Shown piece by piece: positions 60,103 through 64,000 of a DNA stretch of 64,000 nucleotides. Below the pieces are notes generated by a model. That model had not been told where the DNA came from. It made no database searches and saw only the letters and a program-made list of their open reading frames with translations. Position numbers and translations under genes: made by a program. The first letter of the stretch is position 1. The number at the start of each line of letters is the position of its first letter. The stretch is taken from assembly GCA_040285855.1 (NCBI GenBank), contig JAUFOQ010000003.1, forward strand, positions 2,418,001 to 2,482,000, read 5' to 3'. Origin of the DNA: Eukaryota sp. GEM-RC1. Lineage: Eukaryota.

Positions 60103-61914
60103 TTACACTGAGACGCCAACATTACACTGGAAAAACTGATTGTTTCCAAATCCTTTGATTTTCTTGTCATCACTGTGAACAATGAAATGTTCGTTTCCAG
60201 CAACAACTGATACAGAATGTCCAAGTGCCTTAAGCTTTTGAGGTTTGTGAACACAACTGTGCATATCTTCGTCATCAGATCGCATCATGTATTTATTAAA
60301 ATGGACACGTTTTTCTTTAATATAAACCGTGAAGGATTGCCCTCCGTCAAAACAATCAACCGAAGAATCAATTTTGATTGGAGATTGATTATCAGTTGAG
60401 TTATTGTTTTGAAAACCACGCCCAAATCCGTACAATTCCTTAGAAGCCGACAAAACGAGACTATGAACTGCTCCACAAGCAACAGATGAAACAGGGAAAG
60501 AAAGGTCTAACTTACGAGGATGGAAAACAGACAACCTACTTCCTCTCATTATTTGACCATATTCATTACTCCCAGTTACATAAACATTACCAATGATTGA
60601 AAGAAATAAAGAATGATTAACTCCACATTTGACCGCTTGAATAGGTTCAGGAAAAGAAATCTGTTTTGGTATTGTAATTATGGTAACATTTCCTCCACCT
60701 CCAATTTGACCATTTGAGTTGTTTCCAAAACCAAATACGTGACCACCAGAAGTAATCAAAAACGAATGGCAATCTCCAGCAGCAATTGAGATTACTTCAT
60801 CAGTTATTGAATAATCAGAGAGATGAATAGGTACAAAAGAGCTACAATCACGACAATGATTGAGCCCTAACTGTCCAAAATTGTTTTTTCCAGTGACATA
60901 AACCTTCTTCTTCCAAGTAAGTACCAATGAATGAGATCCACCACAAACCACATCAGTTACATGGTCATTGTCATCAATCATGACTATGGGAATTTCTTCA
61001 GATCTGATCCCTGACGTATCAAACCCAAGAGCACCAAAGGTATTCCTTCCACAACCATAAAGACGATTGTTGTTGATATAAAGAGAATGCCAAGAACCTG
61101 CAGACATTGAAGTGATACATTGAAGTGAAGACAGTTTGGAGATCAGATCAAATAAAGGTATTGGAGTTGATGAAAGTATGTGGTTCAGACGAACAAACGT
61201 TTCATTAGGTAAGCAAGTGGCAACACCAGATTGAAGAAGTCCTGATAAGTCAATCAAGGGATTATCGACAACATCGTAAGATGATAGATCATTTAACACC
61301 ATGAAGGGATCCAAAAGAGGATGGTGTGACTTAAAAACAATAGCATCAGATGAAATGTGAAGAACATTATTTGATGACTCAGAATTGGTAAGAACCTTGT
61401 GACCGTGAAGAAATCTTAGTAAGAAGCAAAGAGCGTTGAGGATGGAAAGAAGATTGTGAGGATTCCAGACATTTGCGGCAAAAGAGGCAGTGATCTGAGT
61501 TGGAGAGACGAGGACTTTAGCAGAATCATTGTTAAGAACATCAACAACTGGAAGAATGTGTGGATGAAACAGGTATAACAGACAAGGAGGTACCTCTATT
61601 TGGAAAGGAGACTGTAGTAAAGTACAGTAGATGGAAGAAATCTGTGTATGTACGAATTTACGATCAGTAGCCTCGGAAATAACTGTGGTAAATCGCTGCA
61701 GTAGAGTGTGATGGTCAGCATGCGTAAAGCGTTGTCGGATATCGATTGCCTGCTCTAGAAGGTCGCGATTGAGGATAGGTCTTTTGAGGGAACGAACGCC
61801 ACACAAACACCGTTCTTTGTCCCAGCACGCCAAACAGAAAGAATGTCCATGTTTACAAACAACCAAGGGGATATTATTATCAGAAAACAACACGAAACAA
61901 GATTGGCATGACAT
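60103..61914 (-). CDS. RING-type zinc finger + degenerate kinase-like region + RCC1/BLIP-II repeats
   Basis: CQSC..CKHGHSFCLAC..CLC..NRDL; HPHILPV and LRFLH kinase-like remnants; repeated AG.WHSL / CGGSHSL / G.N..GQLG RCC1 motifs. Intact 603-aa ORF. Confidence 0.85.
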   Translation of the reverse strand: MSCQSCFVLFSDNNIPLVVCKHGHSFCLACWDKERCLCGVRSLKRPILNRDLLEQAIDIRQRFTHADHHTLLQRFTTVISEATDRKFVHTQISSIYCTLLQSPFQIEVPPCLLYLFHPHILPVVDVLNNDSAKVLVSPTQITASFAANVWNPHNLLSILNALCFLLRFLHGHKVLTNSESSNNVLHISSDAIVFKSHHPLLDPFMVLNDLSSYDVVDNPLIDLSGLLQSGVATCLPNETFVRLNHILSSTPIPLFDLISKLSSLQCITSMSAGSWHSLYINNNRLYGCGRNTFGALGFDTSGIRSEEIPIVMIDDNDHVTDVVCGGSHSLVLTWKKKVYVTGKNNFGQLGLNHCRDCSSFVPIHLSDYSITDEVISIAAGDCHSFLITSGGHVFGFGNNSNGQIGGGGNVTIITIPKQISFPEPIQAVKCGVNHSLFLSIIGNVYVTGSNEYGQIMRGSRLSVFHPRKLDLSFPVSSVACGAVHSLVLSASKELYGFGRGFQNNNSTDNQSPIKIDSSVDCFDGGQSFTVYIKEKRVHFNKYMMRSDDEDMHSCVHKPQKLKALGHSVSVVAGNEHFIVHSDDKKIKGFGNNQFFQCNVGVSV

Positions 61915-61926
61915 ATTGAAGAAAAG

Positions 61927-64000
61927 AACAGTTTTGTTTATGATTCTTTAGTCTGTGTTATGTCTATTGTTGTCTGTAATGATTCCAACAAAAACTTGCT
62001 AAATCTAATGCTAAAAACCCCCTGTTGATTGGTGAAAAATTTATAATGGAAAAATATTGTGCTAAATAAAAAAACGGGGTTTATGATCAGTCAGTGAAAC
62101 AAATGCATTTGTAGAAGTTAATAACTAACAGACACTAACTAAAGTATCTAAACTATGATCCTTCTGTCCATCACCGAAAATTGAATTAAAATATCTGTGC
62201 ATTGAACGAAACAACGCAAACGTTAACCTACTCAACCAAAAATTTTCATTGAAAACTTTACTGTACTCAGAATACAATTTACCAAAGAAAGTTAAAAAAC
62301 CTTGTGCAGCTCGTCCAATATTACCGTATATCGACATCGCAAAAGGTTGAAACACAAAAGAATTGTACCTGTCAACATTCAATTGGTTAATTAAGTGACA
62401 GTACTTTGTATTTTTCCCTTTCCAGCCACTTCAAGAGCAGAAAAATCATCATCAAAAATTTTGCAAATTGATCTTGAATTACAAGGATCAACAGGTGTGA
62501 AATCCGTGATAATTTCCTGACAAGATAACCAAGGACCAATCAAATCACCACGACTTCTATCAACTTTTGGCTGATCAGAAGGTTAGCAAGTAAAGGTTCA
62601 ATTTTTCCATGAAAACCATTAGCCTTAAACATATCCAAACATGTATCACGGATACTGTTGTGAATAATTGATCTAAAATGAATAAATTGATGACAGTTAA
62701 CTAAATGATGAAAATTTGAATCCTTTGAACGACCACAAAGACATGGAGAATGCTTCAAAAGACCTGAAGGCCATAAACCTAACCTTAGTCTCATGTTTAT
62801 AAGCCATTCATGATCCTTAAGATTAAAACAAAATTTGCTTGGCAAACGAGAAACAAATGAAGACGCAGAGCGTGAAGAAATATGATTCAAAAAAAGCACC
62901 AAAAGCGGGACTCTTAGTCTTAGCCAAGCTAATACGGTTTTTAAAGTCCAAGCTTTCGTGAAACAAAACAAACTTCTTCTGTAACTTGCGAACACACAAA
63001 GGCAAAGAGAAAATGCTTCTCTGCTGAATTTCTGTTACCCCAACAGGAAATAACTCTGACCACAAATTGGAGTCAAGACTATCAATTAAATTTTGAAGAC
63101 TAATTAACCATGTACAAGGTGAGTGAAGTAAAAAATCTTTCGTTTTCCATAACACAGGATAACGATTCTGAAATTCAAACAAAAAATTCTTAAAGGCCCC
63201 AAAAAGGCACCATCACTTAGCTTTCGTGAAACCAATACCACCAAAAGAAGTAGAAGTGAAACAATGAGAAGGAAGTGAAGAGTCTTTGTTACCAACCAAA
63301 ATTGTGCTTAATTGAAATTATTTATGAGAAAAGGGAAATTGACAAGTTACGTGATCCTCGAATTACAAAGCCACCTTTTTACGAGTTTGACACTCGAGAC
63401 GATCTAGAGCAAACACTCAGACGATGGGCTTTTGAACAAGGTTTTGCTCCTTTTGATTCCTAAGGTTTTGATTCCTACTGCAAAAGGACTTCCGCTTGCT
63501 ACACAGATCCAATCACTCCTCGCTGCTGATGAGCAGCTTTCTGTCAACAATTTCCATCCTCAATGGCAATTGGACCCAGAGCCATCTATTGCTGTGTTAG
63601 ATCCTCCAATTGCTCAAGATCCCCCTCTTGATACCTCTTCTGAACTGATGTTTTTTTGGAACAACATTGAGAGTCTTTCCTCCATCCAGAAGGGCTTATT
63701 GATCCCTAAACTGAAACAGTTGTTATCCGAGCAACAACGACCTGAGAATCCGAGAAGACAAGATATCCCTCAAAGAGCAGTATCCCAATATATTTATTGT
63801 AGATTTTTTATGTTAGAAATATATTGCAATATATTTTTTCCGATCCCGATCAATATCCTCAAAGTCCAGATTCCTTATCTGGAAATTCTCACCTACCTTG
63901 TCGTCATAATGTCTGCCCAGAGATAATAAAGCGCTAGATATAGAAGTCACCATACCTTTAAAGATAGCAAACACAATTCGATTTTTCCAAAATCTAAGAT
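61927..64000 (-). repeat. Inverted duplicate of 11621-13682 (CRE + MULE + CRE fragments), runs off the window
   Basis: Reverse-complement match over ~2.1 kb with scattered substitutions and small indels. Confidence 0.92.

Overview
AT-rich eukaryotic (protist-like) DNA made almost entirely of nested transposable elements plus a cluster of unusual Hsp70-family genes. One 28-nt GT-AG intron is visible and the standard genetic code fits. Mobile elements: two families of chromodomain-bearing Ty3/Gypsy LTR retrotransposons, one complete with 79-bp LTRs (24941-31206) and duplicated with its flank at 1-7105; a 760-bp TRIM with 63-bp LTRs; one near-complete and many partial CRE-clade non-LTR retrotransposons; six hAT-type elements with 8-bp TSDs; and Mutator-like elements. 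Host genes: (i) an Hsp70 with intact ATPase motifs and a ~400-aa vWA-containing insert inside its substrate-binding domain; (ii) three genes sharing one nearly identical, catalytically degenerate Hsp70 module but with unrelated N-terminal domains (myristoylated EF-hand, RRM, Cys/His finger), one with a tandem double NBD; (iii) another very divergent Hsp70/actin-fold gene; (iv) a RING/kinase-like/RCC1 gene; (v) a broken membrane-protein gene. The best candidates for something new are the modular variable-head pseudo-Hsp70 family and a palindrome sitting where the tRNA primer-binding site should be in two short-LTR elements. Many frameshifts lie in homopolymers and may be long-read errors. All family calls are by eye from motifs; no searches were run.
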